Source: Candidatus Methylomirabilia bacterium (GTDB lineage Bacteria; Methylomirabilota; Methylomirabilia; Rokubacteriales; CSP1-6). From it: a DNA stretch of 64,000 nt. Below are positions 9,062 through 19,945 of this stretch, one piece after another (position 1 is the first letter of the stretch; every line of letters begins with the position of its first letter). Below the pieces are notes generated by a model that made no database searches, was not told where the DNA came from, and worked only from the letters and a program-made list of their open reading frames with translations. The translations under genes were made by a program, and so were the position numbers. The stretch spans positions 1 through 64,000 of the forward strand of contig JBHIBG010000005.1 of assembly GCA_046758965.1 (NCBI GenBank), given 5' to 3'.

Positions 9062-9138
9062 TGGTCGGGGTGAGAGGATTTGAACCTCCGACCCCCTGCG
9101 CCCAAGGCAGGTGCGCTACCAGGCTGCGCCACACCCCG
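9062..9138 (-). tRNA. tRNA-Pro(TGG)
   Basis: CGGGGTG acceptor, CCTGC-CT-TGG-GC-GCAGG arm, CCA. Confidence 0.97.
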
Positions 9139-9184
9139 AAACCGCAAGCCGGAGTATATCTTGCAAGAGGGCGACGGTTCAAGC

Positions 9185-9814
9185 TTAGCCGCCACTTTCG
9201 CGCCAGGCAAAGAGAAGCTCCCGAGCCACCGCTAGCGCACGCCCCCGATGGCTGACTTTGCCCTTCACCTCGGGAGGCAGCTCCGCAAAGGTCCGACTCA
9301 GAGGCGGGTAGAAGAAGATCGAATCATAGCCGAAGCCGCCCGCCCCCCGGGGCTCGGGAGCGATCAACCCCTCGACGACCCCCTCGACCACCCGCTCCCG
9401 ACCCCAGGGGTCGGCCAGAGCGATCACACAGCGGAAGCGTGCGGACCGGCCTTCCGAAGGAACCTCCCGGAGGGCTTGAAGGAGCCGGGCACAGCGCTCC
9501 TCGTCGCTGAGGCCCTCGCCGCCGTAGCGCGAAGAGCGCACCCCGGGCTGGCCTCCGAGCGCGTCAACCTCCAGCCCCGAGTCGTCGGCGAGGGCCAGGC
9601 CCCCGGTAAGGCGGACAGTGGTCCGGGCCTTCACCAGGGCGTTGGCGGCGTAGGAAAGCTCTCCTTCGGGGGGGAGATGAGCCCCAGGGAACGCGGCCAG
9701 GGGAGACACCTCGACCGGGACATCCCCGAGGAGGCACGTGAGTTCCCGCGCCTTCGCCGGGTTCAGCGTCGCCAGCACGAGGCGAGGCTTAGAGACTGAA
9801 GATCTGTTCGCCAC
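9185..9814 (-). CDS. rdgB: Non-canonical purine NTP pyrophosphatase (RdgB/HAM1)
   Basis: [39 protein letters not shown] start inferred. Confidence 0.93.
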   Translation of the reverse strand: MANRSSVSKPRLVLATLNPAKARELTCLLGDVPVEVSPLAAFPGAHLPPEGELSYAANALVKARTTVRLTGGLALADDSGLEVDALGGQPGVRSSRYGGEGLSDEERCARLLQALREVPSEGRSARFRCVIALADPWGRERVVEGVVEGLIAPEPRGAGGFGYDSIFFYPPLSRTFAELPPEVKGKVSHRGRALAVARELLFAWRESGG

Positions 9815-10526
9815 GGGCCTCAAGGGCCCGGCGCTGTAAGGCCACGAGCTGCGAAATCCCCGACCCTGCCATGGCGAGCATCTCCTCGAGACGCTCGCGA
9901 CCGAAGGGGACCTGCTCCGCAGTCCCCTGGATCTCCACAAACTGTCCGGTCCCGGTCATTACCACGTTCATATCCACTTCGGCAGCGGAGTCCTCCACGT
10001 AGTCCAAGTCCACCATCGCTACACCGCCGACGACCCCCACGCTGACAGCCGCCACGCAGTCGCGGATCGGCAGGCCCGGCAGCATTCCTGCTTGCGCCAG
10101 CTTGGCGAAGGCATCGGCGAGGGCCACGAACCCTCCGGTGATCGAAGCGGTCCGGGTCCCTCCGTCGGCCTGGATGACGTCACAGTCCACCCAGAACGTG
10201 CGCTCCCCAAGCTTGGCCATCTCCCCCACCGCCCTGAGCGAGCGCCCCACCAGCCGCTGGATCTCCTGAGACCGGCCGCCCACCCGGGAGGTCTCCCGTG
10301 GCGTGCGGGTTAACGTCGAGCGGGGCAGCATCCCATACTCAGCCGTGACCCACCCCTGGCCCTGCCCTTTGAGAAACGGTGGGACCTTCTCGTCCACAGA
10401 AGCAACGCAGATCACCTTGGTCTCCCCAAACTCGACCAGCACCGACCCTTCGGCGTGACGGATGAAGTTCCGGGTCAGCCTCACGGGCCGGAGCTGGTCC
10501 GGCCTGCGCCCGTCGTGCCGCATCAC
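9789..10526 (-). CDS. rph: Ribonuclease PH
   Basis: [38 protein letters not shown]. Confidence 0.97.
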   Translation of the reverse strand: MMRHDGRRPDQLRPVRLTRNFIRHAEGSVLVEFGETKVICVASVDEKVPPFLKGQGQGWVTAEYGMLPRSTLTRTPRETSRVGGRSQEIQRLVGRSLRAVGEMAKLGERTFWVDCDVIQADGGTRTASITGGFVALADAFAKLAQAGMLPGLPIRDCVAAVSVGVVGGVAMVDLDYVEDSAAEVDMNVVMTGTGQFVEIQGTAEQVPFGRERLEEMLAMAGSGISQLVALQRRALEARGEQIFSL

Positions 10527-12034
10527 TCCCGTCCCCCACCCACAGAGGCCTTCATTTTCCGATCATAGCGGCGCTTGTACGCGGCCAGGCCGGTATAGAT
10601 GGCCCTCGCCACCCGCTCGCGATAGGAGGAGCTCATGAGCTTCCGCTCCTCCCGCTTGTTGGTGAGAAACCCGATCTCCACCAGGATCGCAGGCATGGCT
10701 GCACCACCCAGGACATAGAAGCCCGCCTGCTTCACCCCCCGGTTCCCGATCTTGAGGGAGCGCGTCATAGAGTCCAGCACGGTCTCGGCCAGGCGGCTTG
10801 ATTCTTCCATGAACTCGGACTGGGCCAGGTCCCAGAGGATCGTCTTCAGAGCGTCGAGCTGGTCCCCGGAGGCGTGGGCGTCGAGCTGGATGCCTCGGTT
10901 CTCCAGAGCCGCCAACTGACGGGCCTCGTCGTCGGTGGCCTCCGAAGAGAGGAAATACACCTCCACGCCCCTCGAGGCTGAGGCTCGGTGGGCGTTGGCG
11001 TGGATCGAGATGAACAAGTCGGCATCCTGAGCGTTGGCAAAGGTGGTGCGATCCCGAAGCGGCATGGAGACATCGTCCGTGCGGGTCAGGGCCACGTTGA
11101 TCCCCAGCTCCTCTTCGACCATGCGGGCCAGCCGCCTAGCGACATCCAGGACGACGTCCTTTTCCATGATCCCGCTGGGGCCCACGGCACCGACCTCGTC
11201 CCCCCCGTGCCCCGGATCTACTACGATCAACCGGAGCGTCTGGGACACGGACGGCTCTGTTTCGGATCTGGCTTCCCGGCCCCGGTAGAGATCAAGCACG
11301 AGGCGGAAGGGCTCCTCGAGCACGAGCACCCTGGTCTCGCGGGGCGCTGCCTCAAGGTCGACGATAAGGACCGGTCCCGCCTCGCGCCGCTCGAGCCGAA
11401 GCCGGTGAACCAGGCCGTCGGCGACCTCTTCAACCCGGGCGGCTTCAACGAAGAGCCCAGAGAGCACGACCCCGAGCGCCTTCCGCCCCGGGGAGGCATT
11501 CATGGCGTAACGAAACCGCCCGCTCGCTTCGAGCACGACCCGTGTGAAGGACGGATAGGAGCGAAACCGGAGATCTACCAACGTGGGGTCTCCGGCTACG
11601 GACGTCGGGCCGGGCTTGGCGGGTGGCGGAGCCTTGACGACGACAGTCACGCGGGGAAGAATCCGAGGGAGGAGGCGAGTCACAAACTCTTCGGGGACCA
11701 CCCAGTCACCCCTCCGCACCCGAGGCGGCGCCGAGAGCTGGACTGGCGCGGCGTGGACGAGCGCCCGGGACCGATCCTTGGTGAGTCGAACCGTCTGCTC
11801 GCCGACCTTGAAAATCGCCTTGGAGGTCTTAGCACCCCAGCGAGGCTTCACCTTGAGGAGGCGGGCGAGCAGATTCAGCGAGACATAGCGCACCCCCTCC
11901 TCTGTCACGATCACGGGAAGCCGGCCGCGCTCCTGCCCGTCAACCTTGAGAAGCAAGGTCCGGGCCTGCGCGGGCGCACAGGCCAGGCCCAGCACGAGAC
12001 CACTCAGGATCCAGCCCAGCAGGACTCTCCGCAT
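10523..12034 (-). CDS. N-acetylmuramoyl-L-alanine amidase (Amidase_3 with AMIN-like domain)
   Basis: Signal peptide; [29 protein letters not shown]. Confidence 0.92.
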   Translation of the reverse strand: MRRVLLGWILSGLVLGLACAPAQARTLLLKVDGQERGRLPVIVTEEGVRYVSLNLLARLLKVKPRWGAKTSKAIFKVGEQTVRLTKDRSRALVHAAPVQLSAPPRVRRGDWVVPEEFVTRLLPRILPRVTVVVKAPPPAKPGPTSVAGDPTLVDLRFRSYPSFTRVVLEASGRFRYAMNASPGRKALGVVLSGLFVEAARVEEVADGLVHRLRLERREAGPVLIVDLEAAPRETRVLVLEEPFRLVLDLYRGREARSETEPSVSQTLRLIVVDPGHGGDEVGAVGPSGIMEKDVVLDVARRLARMVEEELGINVALTRTDDVSMPLRDRTTFANAQDADLFISIHANAHRASASRGVEVYFLSSEATDDEARQLAALENRGIQLDAHASGDQLDALKTILWDLAQSEFMEESSRLAETVLDSMTRSLKIGNRGVKQAGFYVLGGAAMPAILVEIGFLTNKREERKLMSSSYRERVARAIYTGLAAYKRRYDRKMKASVGGGRE

Positions 12035-12157
12035 GGTTTATTCACCTCTACAGAGTGGAACGTATTCTAGCACCGCCATTCCCCCTCGAGAAACTTCCCT
12101 CGACGACGCCGATAATACGACCGCTCCTCCGCGGCGTGCGGTTCGAGAAGGCCGCTC

Positions 12158-12192
12158 AAATGAAATCGGGGCTCGCGAGACCGAGCCCCGAC
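12158..12192 (-). terminator. Intrinsic terminator downstream of tmRNA
   Basis: TCGGGGCTCG/CGAGCCCCGA stem followed by TTTCATTT on the minus strand. Confidence 0.7.
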
Positions 12193-12198
12193 TGAGTG

Positions 12199-12552
12199 TG
12201 GTGGAGGCGGCGGGAATCGAACCCGCGTCCGGAAACCCTCAGCGTCAGGCTTCTACATCCGTAGCCGGTATTTTCAGTCTCGCCACCCGGTACTCCTGCC
12301 GGCAGGATCACCAAGCCGCCAGCCTCAAAAAATCTCGCCCTTCACCGTGAGGCGCAGGTCAGGGCCAGCCACCAGTCTCTGACGCCCCAATTCCGGATCC
12401 CGATGGCTCGACCCGGCGGGACGCTGGCCGTCTTAAGCGGCCAGGGCTAGCTGTGTGTCGGCAGCTATAACCGTCCTCTCGGTTTTACGAGGGGAGAGGA
12501 CCTCGAGATGCCACCTGAGCCTCGCTGATCCCCGTCGAAACCGGTCGCCCCC
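12199..12552 (-). ncRNA. ssrA: tmRNA; tag (A)ADTQLALAA at 12433-12462
   Basis: 5' GGGGGCGACCGGTTTCGACGGGG, 3' TTCGATTCCCGCCGCCTCCACCA, tag ORF ending LAA-TAA, adjacent smpB. Confidence 0.96.
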
Positions 12553-12572
12553 TCCTTTCTTGAACCCTCTCC

Positions 12573-13067
12573 TCAGGAGACCCCGCGGAGACGGCCTCGA
12601 AGAGCCTTGTCGATCTCCCGTCGGGCCTCACGCTCGCGGATTGTCCGCCGCTTGTCGTGGAGCTTCTTGCCCCTGGCGAGACCCAGCTCCAGCTTGGCCC
12701 GCCCCCTGTCTGTAAAGTATAAACGAAGGGGGATCAGGGTCAACCCGCGCTCCATGGTCTTGCCCAGAAGGCGATTGATCTCTTTCCTGGAGAGGAGGAG
12801 TTTCCGCTTGCGGTCCGGGACGTGATTGGCATCGGTCCCGTGGTGGTAAGGGCTGATATGGCACCCCACGAGCCAGATCTCGTTGCCTTCGACCCGGCCA
12901 TAACTGTCCTTGAGGTTCGCCTTCCTCTCGCGAAGAGACTTCACCTCTGTCCCGCGGAGCACCAGCCCGGCCTCGTAGGTCTCCAGGATCTCGTAGTCGT
13001 GCCGAGCCCGCCGATTGGTGGCTACCACGCCTTCCCGAGCCGTCCGGTCCCCTTGACTTCGAGCCAT
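12573..13067 (-). CDS. smpB: SsrA-binding protein
   Basis: NRRARHDY, EAGLVLRGTEVKSLR, RKLLL, GKKLHDKR. Confidence 0.97.
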   Translation of the reverse strand: MARSQGDRTAREGVVATNRRARHDYEILETYEAGLVLRGTEVKSLRERKANLKDSYGRVEGNEIWLVGCHISPYHHGTDANHVPDRKRKLLLSRKEINRLLGKTMERGLTLIPLRLYFTDRGRAKLELGLARGKKLHDKRRTIREREARREIDKALRGRLRGVS

Positions 13068-13095
13068 CGAAGTGTAGTATGGTGAAATTTGCTCA

Positions 13096-13182
13096 GCCGA
13101 AGTGGCGGAATTGGCAGACGCGCTAGATTCAGGGTCTAGTGCCCGCAAGGGTGTCGGGGTTCGAGTCCCCGCTTCGGCACCA
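13096..13182 (+). tRNA. tRNA-Leu(CAG)
   Basis: CTAGA-TT-CAG-GG-TCTAG arm, long variable arm, CCA. Confidence 0.97.
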
Positions 13183-13482
13183 GCACCACCTTAGCCCTTC
13201 TATCACAGGCAGTTGGAAAAGGCAACTCTCTCTATTCGCGCCAACCCGCAACGACCTCACGAGGTGGACAACGACGTCCGCCAGCATCGAGCAACCGGTT
13301 GCTCTCCTCTCGACCCGAAAACCCCTCGAGCACTCCGAGGCACACTATCATGCCAGCCGCGTCACGGGAGGCGAGCGCGCACAAAGAATGCCTCTGAACA
13401 TGGGTGGTTGCCTTGGGGCATCCCACCTTGACAGTCTCCGGGTCAGCTACACCTTAACCTCGACGGGCCCGAGCGTAGCAGC

Positions 13483-15102
13483 GTGAACCGGATCATCCTC
13501 ATCCGCTGCCTCGACGGGCTGACCGTACTCCTACTCGGCCTCCTGATCGCAGTTGTCGTCACCGGTGGGTGGACTGTCCCGGTCGGACCCTGGCAGTTTC
13601 GCCTCACGCGACCAGAAGACGCGTTCCTTGCCATGCTCCCCGCGCTCGCCTTGCGGTGGGGGCTCCGGCCTCCGGTGCTTCCCCCCGCCCCACCCCGGTG
13701 GACCCTGGCCGGGGGCGTCGCCGCATACACGGCAATCTTCTCATTTATCACCGTCACCAACCACTACGTGCTCCACAGCGGCTTTGACCTCGGTTACTAC
13801 GTTCAACTCCTCTGGAACCTCGTGGAGGGGCACGGGCCGCGGGTGAGCCTTCCAGAAATGCATGCCTGGGGGGACCACTTCTCGCCGATTCTCTACCTGT
13901 TCATGCCACTGTTCGCCCTCTTTCCCGGCGCGGTCTGCCTTTTGATAGCTCAGTCGGCGGCGCTCGCGCTCGGAGCGCCGGTCGTGTTCGCCCTCGCGCG
14001 CCGGTGGCTCGGCGATGACAGGAAAGCCCTCGCACTCGCCGGCCTCTACCTGCTCAACCCCTCTGTGCACGGAATCAACCTGAAAGACTTCCACCCGCAA
14101 GCACTAGCCATTCCGCTGCTGCTCGCTGCGATACTCGCCTTTGAGAGCCACCGCCCGGTTTGGTTCATGTTCAGCGTAGTGTTGACGCTCGGCACCCGCG
14201 AGGACGCCGGGCTAGCCATCCTCGGGCTCGGCCTGTGGCTCGGCCTGGCTCGGCGCCGCTGGCTATGGGGGTTGGGGGTTGGGGCCCTGGGGCTCGCCTG
14301 GCTATTCTTCATGACCTGGTGGCTCATCCCGTTCTTCCGCGAAGCCCCGTACCCGCACCTGGGGCGCTTTGCACACCTGGGCGGCTCACTAGGTGAAATC
14401 CTGCTGGCTCTGCTCCGGCAACCGCTGGCTCCCCTCGCAGCTCTCGCAAACGGCGATCGGTTCATCTACCTTCTGGCCCTGCTCGCACCCCTGGGGTTCC
14501 TGCCGCTCCTCAGGCCGCTTGACCTCATCCCCGCCCTTCCCACCCTCGTGGTCAACCTACTCAGCTCCGACCCGCTGCTCGTGCATCATCGCTGGCAGTA
14601 CGTCGCCTACATTGTCCCCTTCGTCTTCGCGGCGGCCATCGGGGGATTGGGACGGCTAGGCCAACGGCCTGGAACGCTGAAGCCAGGCCGGGCGGTGAGG
14701 TTGAGCTCCAGGCGCGCACTCGGCCTCGCTCTTGTGCTGAGCCTGGCCCTCACCTCGCGCACTCTGAACTACTTCGGCGTGGCCAGGTGGGCGCTCGCAG
14801 ACTGGCAGCGAGCCGTCTACCGGTTGATGGCACGGGTCCCTCCGGGCACGGGAGTGTCGACTCACATCAACTTCATTCCCCACCTTGCGCTGCGCTCCAA
14901 GGTCTTTGTTTTCCCGGTAGGCCTCAAGCGGAGCGACTATGTGCTGCTCTACGCGCGGGGGCACGATTCGGACGAGGTCGTCGTGCGTGAGGGGAACACG
15001 GTGAGCATCCAGGCCGGGAAGGTCATCCGCCGATATGCGGTGGTAACCGAGGAGGCCAGCTACCTGCTTCTCAGACGCCTCCCCGCCGGGACGATCCGCT
15101 GA
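13483..15102 (+). CDS. DUF2079-like polytopic membrane protein (GT-C-like)
   Basis: FDLGYYVQ, GDHFSPIL, DFHP, TRED motifs; many TM helices. Confidence 0.75.
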   Translation: MNRIILIRCLDGLTVLLLGLLIAVVVTGGWTVPVGPWQFRLTRPEDAFLAMLPALALRWGLRPPVLPPAPPRWTLAGGVAAYTAIFSFITVTNHYVLHSGFDLGYYVQLLWNLVEGHGPRVSLPEMHAWGDHFSPILYLFMPLFALFPGAVCLLIAQSAALALGAPVVFALARRWLGDDRKALALAGLYLLNPSVHGINLKDFHPQALAIPLLLAAILAFESHRPVWFMFSVVLTLGTREDAGLAILGLGLWLGLARRRWLWGLGVGALGLAWLFFMTWWLIPFFREAPYPHLGRFAHLGGSLGEILLALLRQPLAPLAALANGDRFIYLLALLAPLGFLPLLRPLDLIPALPTLVVNLLSSDPLLVHHRWQYVAYIVPFVFAAAIGGLGRLGQRPGTLKPGRAVRLSSRRALGLALVLSLALTSRTLNYFGVARWALADWQRAVYRLMARVPPGTGVSTHINFIPHLALRSKVFVFPVGLKRSDYVLLYARGHDSDEVVVREGNTVSIQAGKVIRRYAVVTEEASYLLLRRLPAGTIR

Positions 15103-15123
15103 CGAACAGCCGGGGCGAGATCG

Positions 15124-15732
15124 CTATGCGCCCCGCCGGTCAGGTGGAGTTCCGCGCGGCTGGCTCCCGCGCCACTCCTCACCGAAAGGGGGCGACAACC
15201 CAAGGCGAGTCAGCGCTCGGGCAAGGGTGTGCACAACGAGGTCGTCAATCCCCTTGGGTCGGTGGTAGAAGGCCGGCATAGGAGGGAGCACGACCGCCCC
15301 CATTTCCGCCAGCGCCAGCAGGCAGCGGAGATGCCCCACGTGAAGCGGTGTCTCTCGCACCAGGAGGATGAGCGGTCGTCCCTCCTTGAGCGTCACATCT
15401 GCAGCTCGGGCCACGAGTGAGTCGGACCGGCAATAGGCCACGGCTCCGGCTGTCTTGATGCTGCACGGCGCGATGACCATCCCCTCGGTCCTGAAGGACC
15501 CCGAGGCCAGGGCCGCACCGAGGTCTCTGTTGTCGTAGACCCGGTGGGCTAGGGCCTCCACGTCCTTCACCGCGTGATCGGTCTCCTCCACGATGGTGCG
15601 CTTGCCGAAAGAGGAGATCACCAGGTGAGTTTCGAACTCCGGGAACTCCCTGAGAAGCTCGAGCAGGCGGATCCCGTAGATGGCGCCGCTGGCACCGGTG
15701 ATGCCGACAACGACCCGCTGGGGTGGGGTCAC
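15124..15732 (-). CDS. ubiX: Flavin prenyltransferase
   Basis: VGITGASG, SGSF, APCS, RAADVTLKE, RETP, PAFY. Confidence 0.95.
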   Translation of the reverse strand: MTPPQRVVVGITGASGAIYGIRLLELLREFPEFETHLVISSFGKRTIVEETDHAVKDVEALAHRVYDNRDLGAALASGSFRTEGMVIAPCSIKTAGAVAYCRSDSLVARAADVTLKEGRPLILLVRETPLHVGHLRCLLALAEMGAVVLPPMPAFYHRPKGIDDLVVHTLARALTRLGLSPPFGEEWRGSQPRGTPPDRRGA

Positions 15733-15750
15733 CCGACGGCTCCCGGGGGA

Positions 15751-16020
15751 CTACAGGCGGAAACGCCTCTTGAAGACCTCTTCCCGGGTCTTCTGGTAGA
15801 GCACCTCCCATTCCCGGCTCCCCTCCACAAGCGGACGAGAGTAGGAGGAAAGGATGCGTCGCACCTCCACGTCGACGGACTCCTCGAACCTGGTCTCATC
15901 GGTCAGCGTGCGGACCACCTCGGTGCGCAGATCCTCGACCTCCCGAAGCCTCACGCCTTCGGTCGCCAAAACCTCGGCCACGATCTGGTCTGCCAGACGG
16001 AAGATCCGCTCTCGGCTCAT
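15751..16020 (-). CDS. DUF507-family protein
   Basis: MSRERIFRLAD..EVRRILSSY..EGSREWEVLYQK; tandem with paralog. Confidence 0.7.
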   Translation of the reverse strand: MSRERIFRLADQIVAEVLATEGVRLREVEDLRTEVVRTLTDETRFEESVDVEVRRILSSYSRPLVEGSREWEVLYQKTREEVFKRRFRL

Positions 16021-16025
16021 CCGCC

Positions 16026-16304
16026 TCAGAGAATAAACCCCCGCTCCCTGGCGAGCTTGCCCTTGACCATGGAGAAGAGACGGCCGTAGTCCACCGCGGT
16101 GTCCTTGATGGCGCTGGTGTGTTCTCGGAGGATCTGGTGCGCCTCGGCATCCAGACGCTCCTCCGCCAGGAGGTTTTCCAGGAGCACCTTCCGGACCGCC
16201 GTCAGGATTTTCGCTCCATCCTTGGTCTCCACCAACTTCTTGATCTCAAGCCGTTTCACCACGGCCTCGGCCATCCTGTCAGCGATCACCTCACGTCGAG
16301 ACAT
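16026..16304 (-). CDS. DUF507-family protein
   Basis: EERLDAEA..VDYGRLFSMVKGKLARERGFIL. Confidence 0.75.
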   Translation of the reverse strand: MSRREVIADRMAEAVVKRLEIKKLVETKDGAKILTAVRKVLLENLLAEERLDAEAHQILREHTSAIKDTAVDYGRLFSMVKGKLARERGFIL

Positions 16305-16405
16305 GGTCTTTAGAAACTAACCGCTCGGCTCTAACTGGCTGAAAGCCTACACGTGGGTCCGGGAGGTGTCAAGGAAAACCCGCGAGAAATCACGCTGATA
16401 GCCTG

Positions 16406-17965
16406 TTAGGCCTCCGGGAGCGTGACGGTGAAGCGGCTTCCCCTCCCGGGCCGGCTCTCCACCCGGACCGCCCCCCCGTGGGCCTCGACCAGCGACTTCA
16501 CCAGGGCCAGTCCAATCCCGAGGCCTCGGGTCCCGGCCGTGTCCCGGTGTGGGAGGCGGTGATACTTGTCGAAGATGCGTGGAAGGCCTTCAGGAGAGAT
16601 TCCGACCCCATGGTCTTCCACTTCCAGTTCCACCATGCCGGGGTCGTCGATGGAGCGGGTAGCCCTGAGATACACGGCCCCGCCCCGAGGCGAGTACTTG
16701 ATAGCGTTGGAGAGGAGGTTCTTGACTACCCGGTCGACCGCGTCACCGTCGGCGAGGACCCGGGGGAGGTCGAGAGACCCTTCCACCCGCACCTCGTGAT
16801 TCGGGCTCTGGACACCGAAGAGCTCAGCGTTCGCGAGGAGCAGCGGACCCAGCTCGAGCGGGGTCAGGTTGAGCGAGCGCCCGCCGGCGCTTTCGATCCG
16901 GGAGAGATCCAACAGGTCCTCTACGATCCGGCCGAGCCGCTCGACCTCGCAAAGGATGTAGCCGAGAAACTGCCGCTGTCGCTCAGGGGCGAGAGCGCGA
17001 GTCAGCAGCAGCTCACTGAAGCCCCGGAGCGAGGTGAGTGGAGTCCGGAGCTCGTGGGAGACGGTGGAGAGGAAGTCGGACTTGATCCGATCAAGCTGCC
17101 GAAGCCTCCGGGTCGCGGCCTCTACCCGCTCCTCCAGCTCCGCGGTGAACCGGCGTTGGCGAAGGGCAAGCGCGGCGTTCTCGACCCCCAACGCAAGATG
17201 GAGTCCGAGAGCCTCGAGGGCCCTCCGCTCGGCCCGGGGAATCTCACCGATCCGCTCCACGATCAGAACTCCAAGCGGTCCCTCCCGACCTTGAAGCGGC
17301 AGTATCAAGGCGCGCGAGACCCGGCCGGCAGCAAGGCCATCGCCCCCGAGCCGTGGATCACCGAGCAAATCTGAAATGAAGAGGCTGGTCCGCCGGCTCC
17401 AGATCCACGCGGCGACGGCCCTCGGCTCGAGCTCCACCTCGGCCACCTCGGGAGAGCTCTCCCCCCAAGCCCGCGCAGCCCGTGGGGCAGCGCCGTCAAG
17501 GGCCACCACGAGCGTGACCCGGTGGGCCCCGAACAGCCGCCGCATCTGCTCGACGCCCTCCTTCAGGCGCTCATCCAGCGAGGCAGTGCCGGCCCACGTC
17601 CGTCGAAGGGCCAGGAGCGTCTGGTAGCGCTTCGACCGGAGACGTGCCTGGCTCACCAAGGCGCCGACTAGCGGGCCAACCCCGACAAGCCAGCCCATCG
17701 TGATCACGCCTTCAAGCGTCTCTCCGGTGAGGCCTTCCCGCTCGATGGCAGGCAGAACGAAGGGGGCATAGAGCAAGAGCGCGAGAAGGCTCGCCAGCAC
17801 GCCTCCCCGATGGCCGAAGCAGAGCGCTGCCCAGAGCGCCAGGGCCAGATACCCATACCGAAGCCGGGAGGCGGGGCCTGCGTCCTGCCAGAGCAGCCAC
17901 GCCGTGAGGCCCCCGAAGAAGAGCAGAATGAGGACGGCTGAGCTGCCGCGCCCTGACCCCCCCAT
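16406..17965 (-). CDS. Membrane sensor histidine kinase with GAF domain
   Basis: N-terminal TMs; SHELRTPL H-box, NAIKYS, DHGVG, GLGIGL. Confidence 0.93.
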   Translation of the reverse strand: MGGSGRGSSAVLILLFFGGLTAWLLWQDAGPASRLRYGYLALALWAALCFGHRGGVLASLLALLLYAPFVLPAIEREGLTGETLEGVITMGWLVGVGPLVGALVSQARLRSKRYQTLLALRRTWAGTASLDERLKEGVEQMRRLFGAHRVTLVVALDGAAPRAARAWGESSPEVAEVELEPRAVAAWIWSRRTSLFISDLLGDPRLGGDGLAAGRVSRALILPLQGREGPLGVLIVERIGEIPRAERRALEALGLHLALGVENAALALRQRRFTAELEERVEAATRRLRQLDRIKSDFLSTVSHELRTPLTSLRGFSELLLTRALAPERQRQFLGYILCEVERLGRIVEDLLDLSRIESAGGRSLNLTPLELGPLLLANAELFGVQSPNHEVRVEGSLDLPRVLADGDAVDRVVKNLLSNAIKYSPRGGAVYLRATRSIDDPGMVELEVEDHGVGISPEGLPRIFDKYHRLPHRDTAGTRGLGIGLALVKSLVEAHGGAVRVESRPGRGSRFTVTLPEA

Positions 17966-17968
17966 CAC

Positions 17969-18745
17969 TCACCGGAGCTGGAGAGCCCGGTACGCGCTGA
18001 AGAAAGACAACGAGGCGACCGCCGAGGGAAAGAGGCTTCCCGAACGTGCAGCGAGAGCACAGCCGGCCAGGCTAAGCAGCACGAGGTAAAAAACCGCCCC
18101 CGCAGTGACCTCAAGCGTCCGCGGAAGGGAAGGGTCGGCCAGGTAGCGCAGGAGAAACACTCCCATCGATTGGATCGCTCCCGGCCAGAATCCCCGGCGG
18201 CGGAGCCAGGCGTTGAAGAGCGTGCCACGAATGAACAGCTCGGCCGAAAGCACGTTGGCACCGGCGTCGTAGGCGAACGCAGCAAGCAGAGGTCCGACGG
18301 GAGTGAGCCGCACCGGATAGCCGAAGGTCCGTGAGGCGGAGAACAGCAGGTGGGCGCCAAGAAACAGACCGATCGCGGCGCCGAGAAGCAGCGCACGGAG
18401 ATCGTCGGGGCGGGACCAGCCAAGTCGCCTGAGATGGCCGTGGCGCCACCCGAGCCCCGCGACAATCAGCGGTGGAACCAGATAAGCCAGGCTCCCCCAC
18501 GGGCTCAGCTGATACAAGGCTCCGGCCAGAAGCAGAGAGCCGGTGAGGAGAGTGGTGGGGCCGCGCCAACCCCCAGCGCCGCCGCAGGCCGCAGCGAGCG
18601 CTGCAGCAAGGAGGCCACCATGAAAGCCCGCCACCACCAGCGGCCGCGTCGCCTGACGCGGTACGAGTTCCAGGGCCTCAGCCCCCACCCCCGCGGCGAG
18701 CAGGAGGGCGAAAGGCCAGAGAGCGAAAACCGGAATCGGCAACAC
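17969..18745 (-). CDS. CPBP/Abi (CAAX protease-like) membrane protein with degenerate catalytic motifs
   Basis: Polytopic; AELFIRG matches the EExxxRG motif; ARSGSLFPS matches the motif-3/4 region. Confidence 0.65.
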   Translation of the reverse strand: MLPIPVFALWPFALLLAAGVGAEALELVPRQATRPLVVAGFHGGLLAAALAAACGGAGGWRGPTTLLTGSLLLAGALYQLSPWGSLAYLVPPLIVAGLGWRHGHLRRLGWSRPDDLRALLLGAAIGLFLGAHLLFSASRTFGYPVRLTPVGPLLAAFAYDAGANVLSAELFIRGTLFNAWLRRRGFWPGAIQSMGVFLLRYLADPSLPRTLEVTAGAVFYLVLLSLAGCALAARSGSLFPSAVASLSFFSAYRALQLR

Positions 18746-18770
18746 CGACCTCCGTCCTCGTCTCAGAGGA

Positions 18771-19526
18771 TCAAAAGGCTGGCTTAGGAGATCCATCGAG
18801 CAGAAGGGCACAGAGGGTCAACACCAGCGTGGCATCCAGGGTGTGCCCGGCCGCCGCCTCAAGCACCCGCACCGCCTCGGTGTGGGGCAGCCGCTGCCGG
18901 TATGGCCGGTCGGAGGTGAGGGCATCGTAGACATCCGCCGCGCCCACGATTCGAGCTCCGAGCGGAATGGCCTCTCCCGCCAACCGATCGGGATAGCCAC
19001 TCCCGTCCATTCGCTCGTGGTGGTGGCGGATGATCAGCGCCCCGGCGGCGAAGAAATCGAGGGGGGCCACGATCTGCGCGCCGATGACCGGGTGCTGCTG
19101 CATGAGTTGCCGCTCCGCCTCGGTCAGAGACCGGGGCTTCGTAAGGACCGATTCGGGGACCCCAATTTTCCCCAGATCGTGGAGCAGACCGGCCTGGGCC
19201 ACCACGTGAGCCGACGGGAGAGAGAAGCCGCGGGCGAGCGCCAGCCGGCGGGCCAGGCGTGAGACCCGCTCAGAGTGGCCGCGAGTATAGAAATCCTTGG
19301 CCTCCAGGGCATTCGCCAGGCCGAGGAGGCTCTGGAAGATTGCTCGCTGGAGTCCCGTGTGGAGCGTGTTCAGATCCCGAGCGTAGCGGAGAGACTGTCG
19401 GTAAGCCGACTGAAGCCGGCGGTACGCCTGCGCGAGGTCGTTCTCTCTCGCTCGCGCCGCCCCGTAGAGGGCTTTGAGATCGCGGGCGTAGAGCAGCGCC
19501 TGAGAGCGCTCTACCCTCCCAGCCAC
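18771..19526 (-). CDS. HD-GYP cyclic-dinucleotide phosphodiesterase
   Basis: HSERV, HDLGK, HHERMDGSGYP, DVYDAL, RPY. Confidence 0.92.
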   Translation of the reverse strand: MAGRVERSQALLYARDLKALYGAARARENDLAQAYRRLQSAYRQSLRYARDLNTLHTGLQRAIFQSLLGLANALEAKDFYTRGHSERVSRLARRLALARGFSLPSAHVVAQAGLLHDLGKIGVPESVLTKPRSLTEAERQLMQQHPVIGAQIVAPLDFFAAGALIIRHHHERMDGSGYPDRLAGEAIPLGARIVGAADVYDALTSDRPYRQRLPHTEAVRVLEAAAGHTLDATLVLTLCALLLDGSPKPAF

Positions 19527-19897
19527 AACGGCCCCTCTGGCAGCAGTGCTTGGACCAGGGAGAGAAGCTTGAGCGGTGAGAATGGCTTCGTCAGGTACTC
19601 ATCGGCCCCGACCGCCCACCCGCGTGCCCGATCAACCTCCTGCCCTGAAGCCGTAAGCATGACGATCTTGGCCCGTCCGAGCTCCGGATCCTGGCGGAAA
19701 TGCCGGCAGACCTCGAACCCGTCCAGCCGGGGCATCTGGACGTCGAGGAAAATGAGGTCCGGGAGCTCGGCCCGGGCCACGGCCAGAGCCTCCGCTCCGT
19801 CGGCAGCCTCCACCACCCTGAGACGCTCGTCCTCCAGCGTAAATCGCACGAGCTCCACGATCTGCGGCTCGTCGTCGACGATGAGCACGGTGGCCAT
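19511..19897 (-). CDS. Single-domain response regulator
   Basis: VLIVDDE, FLDVQMP, MLTA, TKPFS. Confidence 0.93.
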   Translation of the reverse strand: MATVLIVDDEPQIVELVRFTLEDERLRVVEAADGAEALAVARAELPDLIFLDVQMPRLDGFEVCRHFRQDPELGRAKIVMLTASGQEVDRARGWAVGADEYLTKPFSPLKLLSLVQALLPEGPLWLGG

Positions 19898-19930
19898 GGC
19901 AAAATCCCTCCCCGAACTGCGGATGAGGGC

Positions 19931-19945
19931 GCAATTGGCATGCCA
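19931..19945 (-). promoter_or_regulatory. sigma54 promoter TGGCATGCCAATTGC
   Basis: Near-perfect TGGCAC-N5-TTGC match about 35 nt upstream of the response regulator start. Confidence 0.75.
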
